A stretch of 64,000 bases of DNA. It comes from Patescibacteria group bacterium (lineage in GTDB: Bacteria > Patescibacteriota > Minisyncoccia > Phycocordibacterales > SBAW01). How positions within the stretch are numbered: the stretch's first letter is position 1; each line of letters opens with the position of its first letter. The translations under genes were made by a program, and so were the position numbers. Under the pieces are notes generated by a model. It had not been told where the DNA came from. It made no database searches and saw nothing but the letters and a program-made list of their open reading frames with translations. The stretch is taken from NCBI GenBank assembly GCA_016176685.1, contig JACOWS010000002.1, positions 94,608-158,607 of the forward strand, written 5' to 3'. Shown here one piece after another: positions 1 to 10,298 of this stretch.

Positions 1-11
1 CCACAAAGGCA

Positions 12-461
12 CTATACCATGCGCTCTAGCCCTCTGCCTGCCACCCAGACCGCGAACACTGCCAGTAGAGCACCAACCGCAATATCCAGAGGGTAGTGTA
101 AACCGGCCGCCATGCGCGCGATGCCTATGCACAAGGTAAGCACCCACAGCAGGAGCCCCACGCGCCGGTTTGCCAAAAACGCCACGGATGCAAAAATACC
201 CGCCGCTAGTGTGTGGTCGGACGGAAAAGTATTACCCACCGCGTGCGGTACAAGCGGCTCAAACCCTTCTGTGGCAAAGGGCTGCGCGTGCGAGTAAAAG
301 AGGCCTGCCAAGCGGGCTAACGCGTAGCCAAGCGGGAGCGACACCGCCAGGAGCCAAAGTAGGCGCCGGCGGCCCTCTGCCTTCCACACCACTGCCAAAA
401 CCCCCACCAGTGCAACCAGCACTACTAGATATGTGGCGGCAAAAATAATGAGAGTGTCCAT
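12..461 (-). CDS. PAP2-family phosphatase (undecaprenyl-diphosphatase-like)
   Basis: Hydrophobic 149 aa ORF with FPSDH and R-x4-HYPLD PAP2 motifs. Confidence 0.85.
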   Translation of the reverse strand: MDTLIIFAATYLVVLVALVGVLAVVWKAEGRRRLLWLLAVSLPLGYALARLAGLFYSHAQPFATEGFEPLVPHAVGNTFPSDHTLAAGIFASVAFLANRRVGLLLWVLTLCIGIARMAAGLHYPLDIAVGALLAVFAVWVAGRGLERMV

Positions 462-474
462 ACACTTAATACTA

Positions 475-1212
475 CTACGAGCGCACGTCGGTATATCCTT
501 TAGTATATGGCCTGTCCAATATACTTACCCATATAAAATTAGCAGCGTAGCGGATACCCATACGCACAATACCCTCGTGTGCGAGTCGCCGACCCGAGGT
601 ATACATAGGGAGCTTCCAGGTCCAGCGCACCTCGCCCACCTGCCCCAAGCGCTTGGCGATGTCGGTATCTTCGCCATAAAACGCAATGCGAGTATCAAAA
701 CCGCCTATAGTATCAAGCGCCTCGCGGCGCACCACATAGTTGCCACCCTGAAGCATCGCTCCGAGGTGCAGTACATAGTGCGCGACAAAGTAAAACAGGT
801 AGCCGACTGCATAAAATAATTTTACCAGTGCGCGCTTGGGTAAAGATAGGTCCTTATATATATATGGTCCCGACAGCGCAACCAGATGAGGGTTGTTCTC
901 AAAAACGTCAAGTACCGTGTCGACCCAGCCCAAGGGCAGTTGGGTATCGGCATCTATATGTGCCTCAAGCTCGCCCACCGCCGCACTGTGGCCGGTGTGG
1001 CGTGCCTGTACAAGACCCTTTTTCGGTTCGTCCACCACTTTGACCCCGGGGAAGCTTAGTACTATTTCTTTGGTGCGGTCGGTTGATGCGTTGTTTATGA
1101 CAATAATTTCCGCGTCATAACTACCCCGCGCCAGCTCGCGCCCTACCGACTCAAGGCACCGGGCAATAAGCGCCTCTTCATTATACGCCGGGATAACAAA
1201 ACTAAGCTTCAT
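475..1212 (-). CDS. Glycosyltransferase family 2
   Basis: SFVIPAYNEE, NNASTD, DAD and GED motifs; start placed at MKLSF. Confidence 0.9.
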   Translation of the reverse strand: MKLSFVIPAYNEEALIARCLESVGRELARGSYDAEIIVINNASTDRTKEIVLSFPGVKVVDEPKKGLVQARHTGHSAAVGELEAHIDADTQLPLGWVDTVLDVFENNPHLVALSGPYIYKDLSLPKRALVKLFYAVGYLFYFVAHYVLHLGAMLQGGNYVVRREALDTIGGFDTRIAFYGEDTDIAKRLGQVGEVRWTWKLPMYTSGRRLAHEGIVRMGIRYAANFIWVSILDRPYTKGYTDVRS

Positions 1213-1265
1213 TTCTAACAAGCCTATCACAATTCTTCAGCCACGATACCACAATAATACTGCTA

Positions 1266-1299
1266 AACCTTATTATCCACGACCGTTGTAACTAAGGTT
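1266..1299. repeat. 34-bp quasi-palindromic repeat, type A, downstream of PaaX-like gene 1
   Basis: AACCTTA-ttatcc-ACGACCGT-tgtaac-TAAGGTT; 27/34 identical to 1888-1921 and to 60566-60599. Confidence 0.85.
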
Positions 1300-1304
1300 A
1301 ACGA

Positions 1305-1886
1305 CTAAAGACCGAACCACTGTCGCAACTTCTGATCGTTCTCTATCCCTTCTGCTATAAGATATATAACTCCACCACCAAGTCGTAAATCCACTCTCAA
1401 AAAAGCAACGAGCTCTTCGCAGTCAAATGGACATATCCATACACTATTTTGAATACGCCGGAATCCCGCCTTTTGTAAAGCGAGGCGTAATTTGTCACGC
1501 ATTAGCCGGCGACTTTCCCAAATATCAAACATGACTATCCTCCACTTTCCATCCCACGTTTTTGGAACGCGTATGCGAATATGCTCGGCCGCATGCAACT
1601 TTTCTGCATGCGCCATTCCCTTTTCAGTAAGAGTGGCCGACCAGCCCTGCACGCCTTTCTTCCATTGTACCAGGCCTTTTTGCTCGAGCCGGCGAACGGC
1701 CTGCCTTAGCCGCCGTGTCAGCGTTCCTCTCGTAGATTCTGGGAAAAGATGTTTGCGTAGAACCGCCTCAGGGGCAAGGGCGGCACGCGCGTTTCGGGCA
1801 GTTAAACGAAAAATAGCCAGCGTGATTTTTTGTTGGATTTTCTCCCGTCGCGCGCGCTGTGCTATTTTTTCTTCCAGTTTTTCCAT
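1305..1886 (-). CDS. PaaX-like regulator: winged HTH plus Cas2-like domain, copy 1
   Basis: wHTH (AVRRLEQKGLV...LTEKG) followed by WDGKWRIVMFDI...LQKAGFRRIQNSVWICP, typical of the PaaX central Cas2-like domain. Confidence 0.85.
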   Translation of the reverse strand: MEKLEEKIAQRARREKIQQKITLAIFRLTARNARAALAPEAVLRKHLFPESTRGTLTRRLRQAVRRLEQKGLVQWKKGVQGWSATLTEKGMAHAEKLHAAEHIRIRVPKTWDGKWRIVMFDIWESRRLMRDKLRLALQKAGFRRIQNSVWICPFDCEELVAFLRVDLRLGGGVIYLIAEGIENDQKLRQWFGL

Positions 1887-1887
1887 G

Positions 1888-1921
1888 AACCTTAGTATAC
1901 ACGACCGTTACACTTATGGTT
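1888..1921. repeat. 34-bp repeat, type A, overlapping the promoter of PaaX-like gene 1
   Basis: AACCTTAgtatacACGACCGTtacactTATGGTT; contains a minus-strand TATACT -10 just before the ATG. Confidence 0.85.
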
Positions 1922-2017
1922 AGTTTAATAAAATATACAAACATGGCATATCTATAAAATAAAGTGAGCGCGCAGTGGTAAGCTACGCGCCCGAGAAAAA
2001 CCTGGAACAGGGCTCGA

Positions 2018-2644
2018 TTATCGCAGGGCCCACCAAGAAAACCCGGCGAGTATTGCGGCCACGCCGCCGACCGGCGCCAGAGTTCCCACATCCAGCACCC
2101 CGTGGTAGGGGAACCACGTGGCACCCGACAGTTTCATCGGCGCATGCACACCGATGACCACGTGCACCCACAGCCATGCGGCCGTGAGGTATACCCAGAA
2201 TGGATCCGGGTGTGGGGTAGCGAGATAGAAGAGGCCTATTATTGCAAAAGCCGCTCCCATATACACCACGTGCTCCCACCCGGCCGGGGTGAGGTGCCCT
2301 CCGTAGGTCTGCGCCTCGGGGAACTTTAAGCCGCCTTGGATGTAGGTCCAGTGCATCACCGCGCTGAAGACCAGCGCAATGATGCCGATGACCGCAATCT
2401 GCTTGAGGCCCCACCCCGCCCCATACTTGGCCACCAGAGTGGCCAGGAGGATGGGGAGAATAAAGTCTAGATAGGCTGCGGCCCAGTGGCCGAGTAAGGG
2501 GATACCCTTCTGGAACCCCGCCCCTTTGCTCTGCATCTGCGCGACCGTGAGCATGTTGTCACGGTCGGCAAAAATATAACTGGCGAGGACCAGGACGGCG
2601 AACCACCCGTAGACCTCCACCCAAATAACCCAACTTGTGGGCAT
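2018..2644 (-). CDS. Hypothetical multi-pass membrane protein
   Basis: 208 aa, several hydrophobic segments, GAGGAGG Shine-Dalgarno upstream. Confidence 0.7.
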   Translation of the reverse strand: MPTSWVIWVEVYGWFAVLVLASYIFADRDNMLTVAQMQSKGAGFQKGIPLLGHWAAAYLDFILPILLATLVAKYGAGWGLKQIAVIGIIALVFSAVMHWTYIQGGLKFPEAQTYGGHLTPAGWEHVVYMGAAFAIIGLFYLATPHPDPFWVYLTAAWLWVHVVIGVHAPMKLSGATWFPYHGVLDVGTLAPVGGVAAILAGFSWWALR

Positions 2645-2754
2645 TGCTGTCTCCTCCTCTGAATTTTAAAGGTTTCACCTATGAATATTATATCACAAAT
2701 TATTTATATAAGTCAATGGTTAGAAAAGTTACAAAATAAGCGTAAAATAGCGGG

Positions 2755-3960
2755 ATGCGCATCTCTTTTTTTGCCGACAATTTTTACCCGGAACTCTCCG
2801 GGATCCCCGACTCTATCCTCATAACCGGCAAAGAGCTCGTGCAACGCGGTCATCAGGTGTGCTACGTGGCGCCGCACTATGGCGCGCGCGATTACGAAGT
2901 AGTCGCGCGCGCACTGCCCCAGAGGCCGGAGTACCTCGAGGGTATGCCGGTTTTCCGGCTTCCTTCGATACCGCTTCTGCGTTCGCCTACCGGACAATCG
3001 CGTATCGCGCTCCCTACCGGACGCTCCTTTTCTTTTTTGCACGCGTTCAAACCCGACATACTCCATACACACAGCCCTTACGGCGCAGGGCTCGAGGCCC
3101 TGCGTGCGGCGAAGATGTTACGCGTGCCGCTTGTAGGGACAAACCATACGCCGGTTGAAGAATTTTATCGTTTTGCACCAAACATCGCGCGGCGGCTGGA
3201 CGCATGGTATTACAACCATTGTGCCCTCATCACCACGCCCTATCAGGGACTCGTCTCCCGCATGCAAGAGAAGGGTTTTAAACGCCCAGGCCGGGCAATG
3301 CCCAACCCGTTGGAGTTGTCGCTTTTTTATCCTGCAAGAAACGAAGAAGAAAGGGAGCATTTGCGTGCAGAAATGGGGCTTTCTGGACCGGTTGTCATAT
3401 ACTCCGGCAGGCTCGCGAGTGAAAAGCGTGTTGATGTTTTGCTCCACGCGATCAAATTATTGGTCCCAAAGTTCCCTTCCCTCACGCTCCTTGTAACGGG
3501 GCTCGGGATTGAGGCCCATTCTCTGCATACGTTGGCGCAAGAGCTTGATATAGAGGGGCGCGTGCGCTTTACCGGGTTTGTACCGCAAGACGAGCTGGCG
3601 CGCTACTATCGCGCTGCGGACGTCTTTGCCATCATGTCTACAGCCGACAGCCAGTCACTCTCTCTTATGCAAGCATATGCAACCGGCATACCGGCCGTGT
3701 GCGCGGACAGCCGCGGACTCCATGACTACACGCCGAGCGACTGCGGATTTTTGGTAGAGCCGGGCAACCACCACACCTTGGCAGGAAAATTGAAACTTCT
3801 TTTAAACGACTCCGCCTTGCGCGAGCGCATGGGTAAGGCGGCGGCGACTTTCGTTAAAACATTCTCCCCCGAAAAAATCGTAACGGAGTGGGAGAAAATC
3901 TACCGCGACGCTATTGTCCGAAATCTTTCTTTAAAAACTGCGAGCGTACAGAGTGGGTAA
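2755..3960 (+). CDS. Glycosyltransferase family 4 (GT-B)
   Basis: DNFYPELSG, DILHTHSP, GRLASEKR and SQSLSLMQAYATGIP motifs. Confidence 0.9.
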   Translation: MRISFFADNFYPELSGIPDSILITGKELVQRGHQVCYVAPHYGARDYEVVARALPQRPEYLEGMPVFRLPSIPLLRSPTGQSRIALPTGRSFSFLHAFKPDILHTHSPYGAGLEALRAAKMLRVPLVGTNHTPVEEFYRFAPNIARRLDAWYYNHCALITTPYQGLVSRMQEKGFKRPGRAMPNPLELSLFYPARNEEEREHLRAEMGLSGPVVIYSGRLASEKRVDVLLHAIKLLVPKFPSLTLLVTGLGIEAHSLHTLAQELDIEGRVRFTGFVPQDELARYYRAADVFAIMSTADSQSLSLMQAYATGIPAVCADSRGLHDYTPSDCGFLVEPGNHHTLAGKLKLLLNDSALRERMGKAAATFVKTFSPEKIVTEWEKIYRDAIVRNLSLKTASVQSG

Positions 3961-4510
3961 TAAGATAGTAGATGCCGAATACGACCGCGGTGGCGGCGAT
4001 CAATATTTCCACCCGCACAAGCGTGCTTTCGACGGTCGCAAAGTATCCGCCGAAAAAGTATCCAAGCCCTATCAAAACCGTGTATTGGAAGACGGCGAGG
4101 ATTGCGCTGTATCGCCAAAAAATCTTAAACGGCAAGTGTACCAATCCTGCGCTGATGAGAAGCGGGGTCGAGAGTCCGTACGCAAACTTGGTGATAGCCA
4201 TAGCTTTGAACGGATGTGAGTGCCAAAGACCCCGTACCATTTCGAAATGCTCGGGAGTTATGCGCAGTTTAGGGCCAACCCTTTCGATGAGCGATTTTTT
4301 CTTTCCCCACCGTCCGAAAAAATAATAACCAATGTCGGGAAGTACGTCGGCAAGCACCAGCGTCACAAAGAGCGGCAGTGGGTGGAAGTACCCGAGCGGC
4401 ACCAAGGACCCCGTGATGAAGCCGAGCATCGGGCCCTCGAGGCTCGCCAAGGGAAAGAGTATGAGGTAGCGGTATTGCTCGAGGAGCGCGATAATTGTGG
4501 CAAGTTCCAT
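3911..4510 (-). CDS. DedA/VTT-family membrane protein
   Basis: LEGP...DIGYYFFGRWG...KFAYGL...SAG pattern. Confidence 0.85.
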   Translation of the reverse strand: MELATIIALLEQYRYLILFPLASLEGPMLGFITGSLVPLGYFHPLPLFVTLVLADVLPDIGYYFFGRWGKKKSLIERVGPKLRITPEHFEMVRGLWHSHPFKAMAITKFAYGLSTPLLISAGLVHLPFKIFWRYSAILAVFQYTVLIGLGYFFGGYFATVESTLVRVEILIAATAVVFGIYYLITHSVRSQFLKKDFGQ

Positions 4511-4539
4511 ATGCTCTAGTAGTATTAGTATATAACGGT

Positions 4540-5235
4540 ATGCCCCCGCACAAGACCCTTGAGCAAGAAATGACTATAGAGGTCTGGCACGTGCGCCTGT
4601 GGCGGCGCTATCAGGAAAGCTGGTTTGACAAGTCTTTTCGCTTCTCTGCGCCGTTCGCGCTTTTGTTTTTTACGTTGTCGATAGTTGCTAACTACTACGC
4701 GGGTATATACGCCACCAGCCGTGCGAGTAACTATGTGGAGGATATTGTGCTTTCTAACATTCCTGCTCTTGATGTAGATATTTTCTTTGTGTATGGAGCC
4801 GTACTGCTTGTCGCTGTTATTTTTTGGCTCTGCTTTGAAAACCCCAAGCGTATCCCTTTCTTACTTCACTCTCTCACGCTGTTCATATTTATACGTGCAG
4901 CATTTGTCTCCATGACCCACCTCGGCCCCTTTCCGACCGCAATACTCGTAGACGACGTACAGATTTTTTTCAGCAAATATTTTCTTTTCGGCGGAGATTT
5001 ATTTTTTTCTGGGCACACGGGGATCCCCTTTCTTATGGCTCTTATGTTCTGGCACCGCCCGATGCTGCGATACTTGTTTCTTGCGTGGTCGGTATTCTTC
5101 GGCGTTATTGTGCTACTGGGCCACCTGCACTACACAATAGATGTGGCTTCGGCGTTTTTTATCACCTACGGCATTTACCACTTGGCACTGTGGATATTCC
5201 CCCGCGAACGCGCGCTATTTTTGTCCGACCGATGA
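4540..5235 (+). CDS. PAP2-superfamily membrane protein, sphingomyelin/IPC-synthase-like C-terminal domain
   Basis: GDLFFSGHT and HLHYTIDV motifs, about 6 TM segments. Confidence 0.75.
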   Translation: MPPHKTLEQEMTIEVWHVRLWRRYQESWFDKSFRFSAPFALLFFTLSIVANYYAGIYATSRASNYVEDIVLSNIPALDVDIFFVYGAVLLVAVIFWLCFENPKRIPFLLHSLTLFIFIRAAFVSMTHLGPFPTAILVDDVQIFFSKYFLFGGDLFFSGHTGIPFLMALMFWHRPMLRYLFLAWSVFFGVIVLLGHLHYTIDVASAFFITYGIYHLALWIFPRERALFLSDR

Positions 5236-5282
5236 GCAGTTTTCCACCTGCCGGGTATACTCTTTTCAACTTTTGCCGTGTA

Positions 5283-6667
5283 CTAACTGCCCCTCTTGTA
5301 TATATCGTCAAGTCGCACGATATCGTCTTCGCCAAGGTAGCTCCCTGTTTGTACCTCCACTAACTCTAGTTGGATTTTGCCGGGGTTGCCGAGGCGGTGT
5401 AGAGCCCCCATCGGTACATATATGGACTCGTTTTCGTGCAGCAGTCTTTTTTCTTCATTGACGGTTGCTTCTGCCACACCGCGCACCACCACCCAATGCT
5501 CGGAGCGGTGCAGGTGTTTTTGGAGTGAAAGTATCTCACCCGGCAAAACGACGATGCGCTTTACATGGAAACGGTCACCGATGTCACGCGGCTGTGTTCG
5601 CGCGCCTCTTTGTGGCCGGCATCGTGGAGGGCACCGACGAGTTTTTTTACATCTTCGGCGCGGTCCCGCGACGCCACCATGACCGCGTCTTGCGTCGTTA
5701 TGACCACAAGGTCTTTTACGCCCAGCAGTGCGGTTACCCGCTCGGCATGCACCAGGGAGTTCTCCGTATCAAGTAGCACCGCGGCGCCGCGCACCGCATT
5801 GCCGAGCGGGTCCTTATCGACACTTTGATACATCCCCTCCCAGCTGCCGATGTCCGACCAGCGAAAACGGCCTTCCACCACCGCGGCTTTGGAAGTTCGC
5901 TCCATAACCGCGTAATCAACGGACTTCTGCGGGGCGCGCGCAAACGCCGCCGGCTCAAGGCGCGTGAATCCAAGGTCAGATTTTGCGTGCGTTACGGCCT
6001 GTTCCACTTCTTTAAACATCTGCGGCTCATAGCGCGCGACTTCTTGTAAAAATACATCCGCTCTAAAGAGAAAATTCCCAGAATTCCATAAAAACCCGCT
6101 TTCCAGGTAGTATTGCGCGGTTTCTCTGTCCGGTTTTTCTACAAATGTAGAGACAACAAAAACATCGGGGACATCCAGAACCTCGCCTTGGCGTATGTAT
6201 CCGTAGCTGGTCTTGGGCTCTGTGGGGCGGATGCCGAACAGCACGATGCTGCCGTCCTCTGCCGCCCGTCTCCCCGTGATACACGCTTTATGAAATAATT
6301 CCGTATCGGGAATAAGCTGATCCGCGGCTAGCACCAACACAAGCGCTTTTGGGTTTTGCCGCGCCGCCAAGAATGTTCCGGCGAGTATCGCGGGTCCGGA
6401 ATCCCGTCGCACGGGTTCGAGAACTATGGTGGGAGAGACACCCTCCTCCTGCGCCTGCTGCCGTACAAAAAAACGAAAGGATTCGGATGTCAACACTATC
6501 GGTGTGGAAAAAAGATTTGGGTCGCTTACCCTACTCAACGTCTGCTGAAAAGTGGATTTTTCCCCAAACAGGGGTAAAAACTGCTTCGGCATCGTGTCGC
6601 GGGATACAGGCCAGAGCCTGGTGCCGCTGCCGCCGGTCAGTAGTATCGGTATGATGGGCGTTTCCAT
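5283..6667 (-). pseudogene. manC: Mannose-1-phosphate guanylyltransferase/mannose-6-phosphate isomerase, split by a deletion frameshift near 5585
   Basis: GGSGTRLWPVSR...PKQF, WNSGNF and WSDIGSW in 5561-6667; cupin part ([15 protein letters not shown]...[11 protein letters not shown]) continues in another frame; the RPWG segment is missing. Confidence 0.8.
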
Positions 6668-6817
6668 TGCACCTTTTTGCCTCTAAGGAGGCCTATATAA
6701 TACGCGCGCAGTGTAGCAGAGGTCTCAAGAAAAGTCATGCATGCGACTTTGTACTAAGGCGGGTTTTATACCCAACCAAAAAAATATTTTTGCAGTATTC
6801 TGTATTACAATAGGTGT

Positions 6818-7171
6818 ATGGGTGAAATCTCACATCATCTTAAGGAGGTGCGTCCGTGGGGCTACTTCGAGCGCTTTACGCTTAACGAACCTTGCACGGT
6901 AAAAATAATCACCCTCGACCCCGACCAGGAACTTTCCCTGCAGCAACATGAACACCGCGACGAAGAGTGGCGCATACTGCATGGATCCGGCACCGTAAGC
7001 ATAAACGGTGTTGATACGGCCGTAGGACCTGGGGGCGAATTTAAGGTGCTGCGCGGAGAGCGTCACCGCGTTGCAAGCGGCTCTGACGGACTAGTATTCC
7101 TTGAGATATCGTTCGGACAGTTTGATGAAAAGGACATTACCCGACTAGAGGATAAATACGGGAGGAAATGA
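6818..7171 (+). CDS. Cupin, mannose-6-phosphate isomerase type II-like
   Basis: RPWGYF...SLQQHEHRDEEW...DITRLEDKYGR. Confidence 0.85.
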   Translation: MGEISHHLKEVRPWGYFERFTLNEPCTVKIITLDPDQELSLQQHEHRDEEWRILHGSGTVSINGVDTAVGPGGEFKVLRGERHRVASGSDGLVFLEISFGQFDEKDITRLEDKYGRK

Positions 7172-8337
7172 ACACGGGACATGCAATACTAGCCGCGGCC
7201 ACAGCGCTTTCCACCGAGGCGGCTGGTGTTTTACTTGCGTTGTGTTTACTTGTTGTCGGGTTTATAGTTTTGCTCCTGTTTTGGTTTTTTGAGACTCGGC
7301 GGCCGCTTGTACTTACCCGCACGGCAGAAAACCCCGTCCTTGGGCCAAACCCTTCTAGTTGGTGGGAGTCTGCCGCTGTTTTTAACCCCGCCGCGGTCGT
7401 ACATGACGGCCGCGTGCACCTGTTTTACCGCGCATTGGGGCAAGATGGCATATCGCGCATCGGACACGCCAGTAGCCTCGACGGCATCCATTTTGACGAG
7501 CGCTCACCCGACCCGGTGTATGACTGGGGAATGTTCAATGCCACACAGGCCAGAAACCTCGGCAGGCAACCATACCGACCACTTTCCTACCGCACAGACC
7601 TCTATGCCTCCGGCGGCGGCTGGGGCGGGTGCGAAGACCCGCGCGCGGTCAAGATAGGCGGGAAAGTCTATATGACCTTCGGTATTTTTGGCGGGTGGCA
7701 GTCTCTGCGTTTGGCAGTCACTTCACTTGCGCTTGGAGACTTTTCAAAACGAGCGTGGGCGTGGGCACGGCATATTACCATATCTCCGCAGAACGAAACG
7801 CACAAAAACTGGGTACTCTTTCCGGAAAAAATCGGCGGCCAATTTGCCATTTTACACGCACTTACCCCGCAGGTACTGGTCGACTATGTCGACTCGCTTG
7901 AGAACCTTGCCGACAATCCTATACGAAGCAATAACAATCGGGTCGGTTTTTCAAACGGCTGGGACTCATTTGTGCGCGGTGCCGCGGCCCCGCCAATAAA
8001 AACTCCCTATGGGTGGCTGCTCTTTTACCACGGGATGGACCCCGCGCGCGAGCCCCATATCGGCTACAAGGTGGGGGCGCTTCTGCTAGACCTCAACGAC
8101 CCGACCAAAATTTTATACCGCTCACAGGAACCCGTACTGACACCGGCACAGTGGTACGAGCATGACTGGAAGCCGAATGTAGTATACGCCTCCGGGGCGG
8201 TGGTATGGGGTGAGGATGTGGTGGTGTACTACGGCGGCGGCGACAAATACATTGCCGCCGCGAAAGCAAACTTGCGCGACTTTGTACGCAAACTAATGCA
8301 ACACGAGCATGCAGTACTTACTCCGGTGAAAAAATAA
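7168..8337 (+). CDS. GH130-family glycosidase/phosphorylase with N-terminal membrane anchor
   Basis: FNPAA, GCEDPR, KNWVLF, NVVY and YYGGGD motifs. Confidence 0.85.
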   Translation: MNTGHAILAAATALSTEAAGVLLALCLLVVGFIVLLLFWFFETRRPLVLTRTAENPVLGPNPSSWWESAAVFNPAAVVHDGRVHLFYRALGQDGISRIGHASSLDGIHFDERSPDPVYDWGMFNATQARNLGRQPYRPLSYRTDLYASGGGWGGCEDPRAVKIGGKVYMTFGIFGGWQSLRLAVTSLALGDFSKRAWAWARHITISPQNETHKNWVLFPEKIGGQFAILHALTPQVLVDYVDSLENLADNPIRSNNNRVGFSNGWDSFVRGAAAPPIKTPYGWLLFYHGMDPAREPHIGYKVGALLLDLNDPTKILYRSQEPVLTPAQWYEHDWKPNVVYASGAVVWGEDVVVYYGGGDKYIAAAKANLRDFVRKLMQHEHAVLTPVKK

Positions 8338-8354
8338 ACGTATACTTATTCCAT

Positions 8355-10295
8355 ATGTACGTCATACGCAGAAGCTCGCACAACCCTATCATCGCCCCTC
8401 TGACCGACAAGTCGTGGGAGGCGCGCGGCACTTTTAACCCCTGCCCCACCAAAAAAGGCACCATAACGCATGTGCTCTACCGAGCCTTGGGCCTGCCCGA
8501 TGCTCTTATGACCCCTGCCGGCATTTCAACCATCGGCAAAGCGCTTTCGCTCGATGGCAAGCACTTTCAAAACAGACGGCAGTTTATCATCCCGGAAGAG
8601 CCGTGGGAAAAGTATGGCTGTGAGGACCCGCGGGTAACCTATTTTGAAGGAAAGTATTATATTTTTTATACTGCGCTTGGCGGCCAGCCCTTTGGCCCGG
8701 GCAATATCAAAGTAGCGTGCGCCGTATCAAAAGACCTGGAGACGGTAACCGAGCGACACTTGGTGACCCCATTTAACGCTAAAGCCATGGCACTCTTTCC
8801 CGAGCGCATTGGCGGCCCTGGCCGGGCAGGCAAAATAACGGTCATTGTGACCACCCACACCGACGAGCCGCCGGCCAAAATAGCCATTGCGCAGTGCGAC
8901 CGCATTGAAGAGCTGTGGGACCTCTCCTTTTGGGAGAAGTGGCACAGCGAGCTCGACGAGCACACTATAAATCCTCTGCGTTTCGATCACGACCATGTCG
9001 AGGTTGGCTCCCCGCCTATCAAAACAAAAGAGGGGTGGCTCTTATTTTACTCCTACATTCAAAACTACTTTGGCGGGGGTGAGCGGGTGTTTGGTATTGA
9101 AGCGATGCTCTTAAATCTGACCGACCCGCACCAGATTGTCGGTAAAACCAATGGGCCCATTATGGTGCCCGAAGATATGTATGAAAAGTACGGCATAGTG
9201 CCTAACGTCGTTTTTCCTTCCGGAGCATTGCTGCAAAAAAACGACCGGGTGGACATTTACTACGGCGGCGCCGACACGGTGTGTGCGCGCGCCTCACTCA
9301 ACCTACCAGACCTTATAGCCGCGCTTATTCCGCAAAAGCGGGTGGAGCTTGCGGTGCGCGCTAAAGAAAACCCCATCATAGAACCAAATCCCGAGCACCC
9401 GTGGGAAAAGAATGCGACTTTTAATGCGGGCGCTATAGACCTCGGCGGTTCGGTGCACTTGCTGTACCGCGCGATGGGCGACGACAACACCTCGGTCTTG
9501 GGGTATGCGTCAAGCAAAAATGGCATTACATTTAGCGAGCGCTCCAAGAGGCCGGCGTACATCCCGCGTGAAGAGTTTGAAAAGAAGCACGGATCGCCCA
9601 CCGGAAACTCCGGCTGTGAGGACCCGCGCATTACAAAAATAGGCGGCACTCTCTATATGACCTACACCGCCTTCGACGGCGTACACCCCACCCGCGTGGC
9701 GCTTACCACCATTACAGCCAGAGACTTTCTCGCCAAACGTTGGGATAAATGGAGTAAACCAATTTTAACCACGCCGGAGAATGTCAACGACAAAGACATG
9801 TGCCTCCTGCCCGAGAAAGTGCGCGGGCAGTATATGCTCTTCCACCGCATTGACCCGATGATCTGCGCCGATTTTTTGAACACGCTCGACTTTAGCAAAA
9901 GCAAGCTCACCCGCTGTATCGAGATCATGGGCCCCAGGCCGGGCATGTGGGACTCTCAAAAGATAGGCATTGCCGGGCCGCCTATAAAAACTAAAAAGGG
10001 GTGGCTCCTCATTTACCACGGCGTTTCCAAAACAAACACCTACCGGCTCGGTGCGGTACTTTTGGACCTTAAAAACCCGTCTATTGTGCTTTCCCGCAGT
10101 GTCGACACCATTTTTGAGCCGCTGGAAGAGTACGAGCGCGTGGGGTTGGTGCGCAATGCGGTGTTTTCCTGCGGGCAAGTGGTGCGCGGTGACACGCTCT
10201 ATATTTACTACGGCGGGGCCGACACGGTGCTGGGGGTTGCAAAAGTGTCGCTCAAAAAACTCCTCAAAATTTTACTGCCGGACAATTTGGCATAA
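8355..10295 (+). CDS. Tandem double-domain GH130-family protein
   Basis: Two full sets of FNP/FNA, GCEDPR, NVVF/NAVF and YYGGAD motifs. Confidence 0.85.
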   Translation: MYVIRRSSHNPIIAPLTDKSWEARGTFNPCPTKKGTITHVLYRALGLPDALMTPAGISTIGKALSLDGKHFQNRRQFIIPEEPWEKYGCEDPRVTYFEGKYYIFYTALGGQPFGPGNIKVACAVSKDLETVTERHLVTPFNAKAMALFPERIGGPGRAGKITVIVTTHTDEPPAKIAIAQCDRIEELWDLSFWEKWHSELDEHTINPLRFDHDHVEVGSPPIKTKEGWLLFYSYIQNYFGGGERVFGIEAMLLNLTDPHQIVGKTNGPIMVPEDMYEKYGIVPNVVFPSGALLQKNDRVDIYYGGADTVCARASLNLPDLIAALIPQKRVELAVRAKENPIIEPNPEHPWEKNATFNAGAIDLGGSVHLLYRAMGDDNTSVLGYASSKNGITFSERSKRPAYIPREEFEKKHGSPTGNSGCEDPRITKIGGTLYMTYTAFDGVHPTRVALTTITARDFLAKRWDKWSKPILTTPENVNDKDMCLLPEKVRGQYMLFHRIDPMICADFLNTLDFSKSKLTRCIEIMGPRPGMWDSQKIGIAGPPIKTKKGWLLIYHGVSKTNTYRLGAVLLDLKNPSIVLSRSVDTIFEPLEEYERVGLVRNAVFSCGQVVRGDTLYIYYGGADTVLGVAKVSLKKLLKILLPDNLA

Positions 10296-10298
10296 GGT

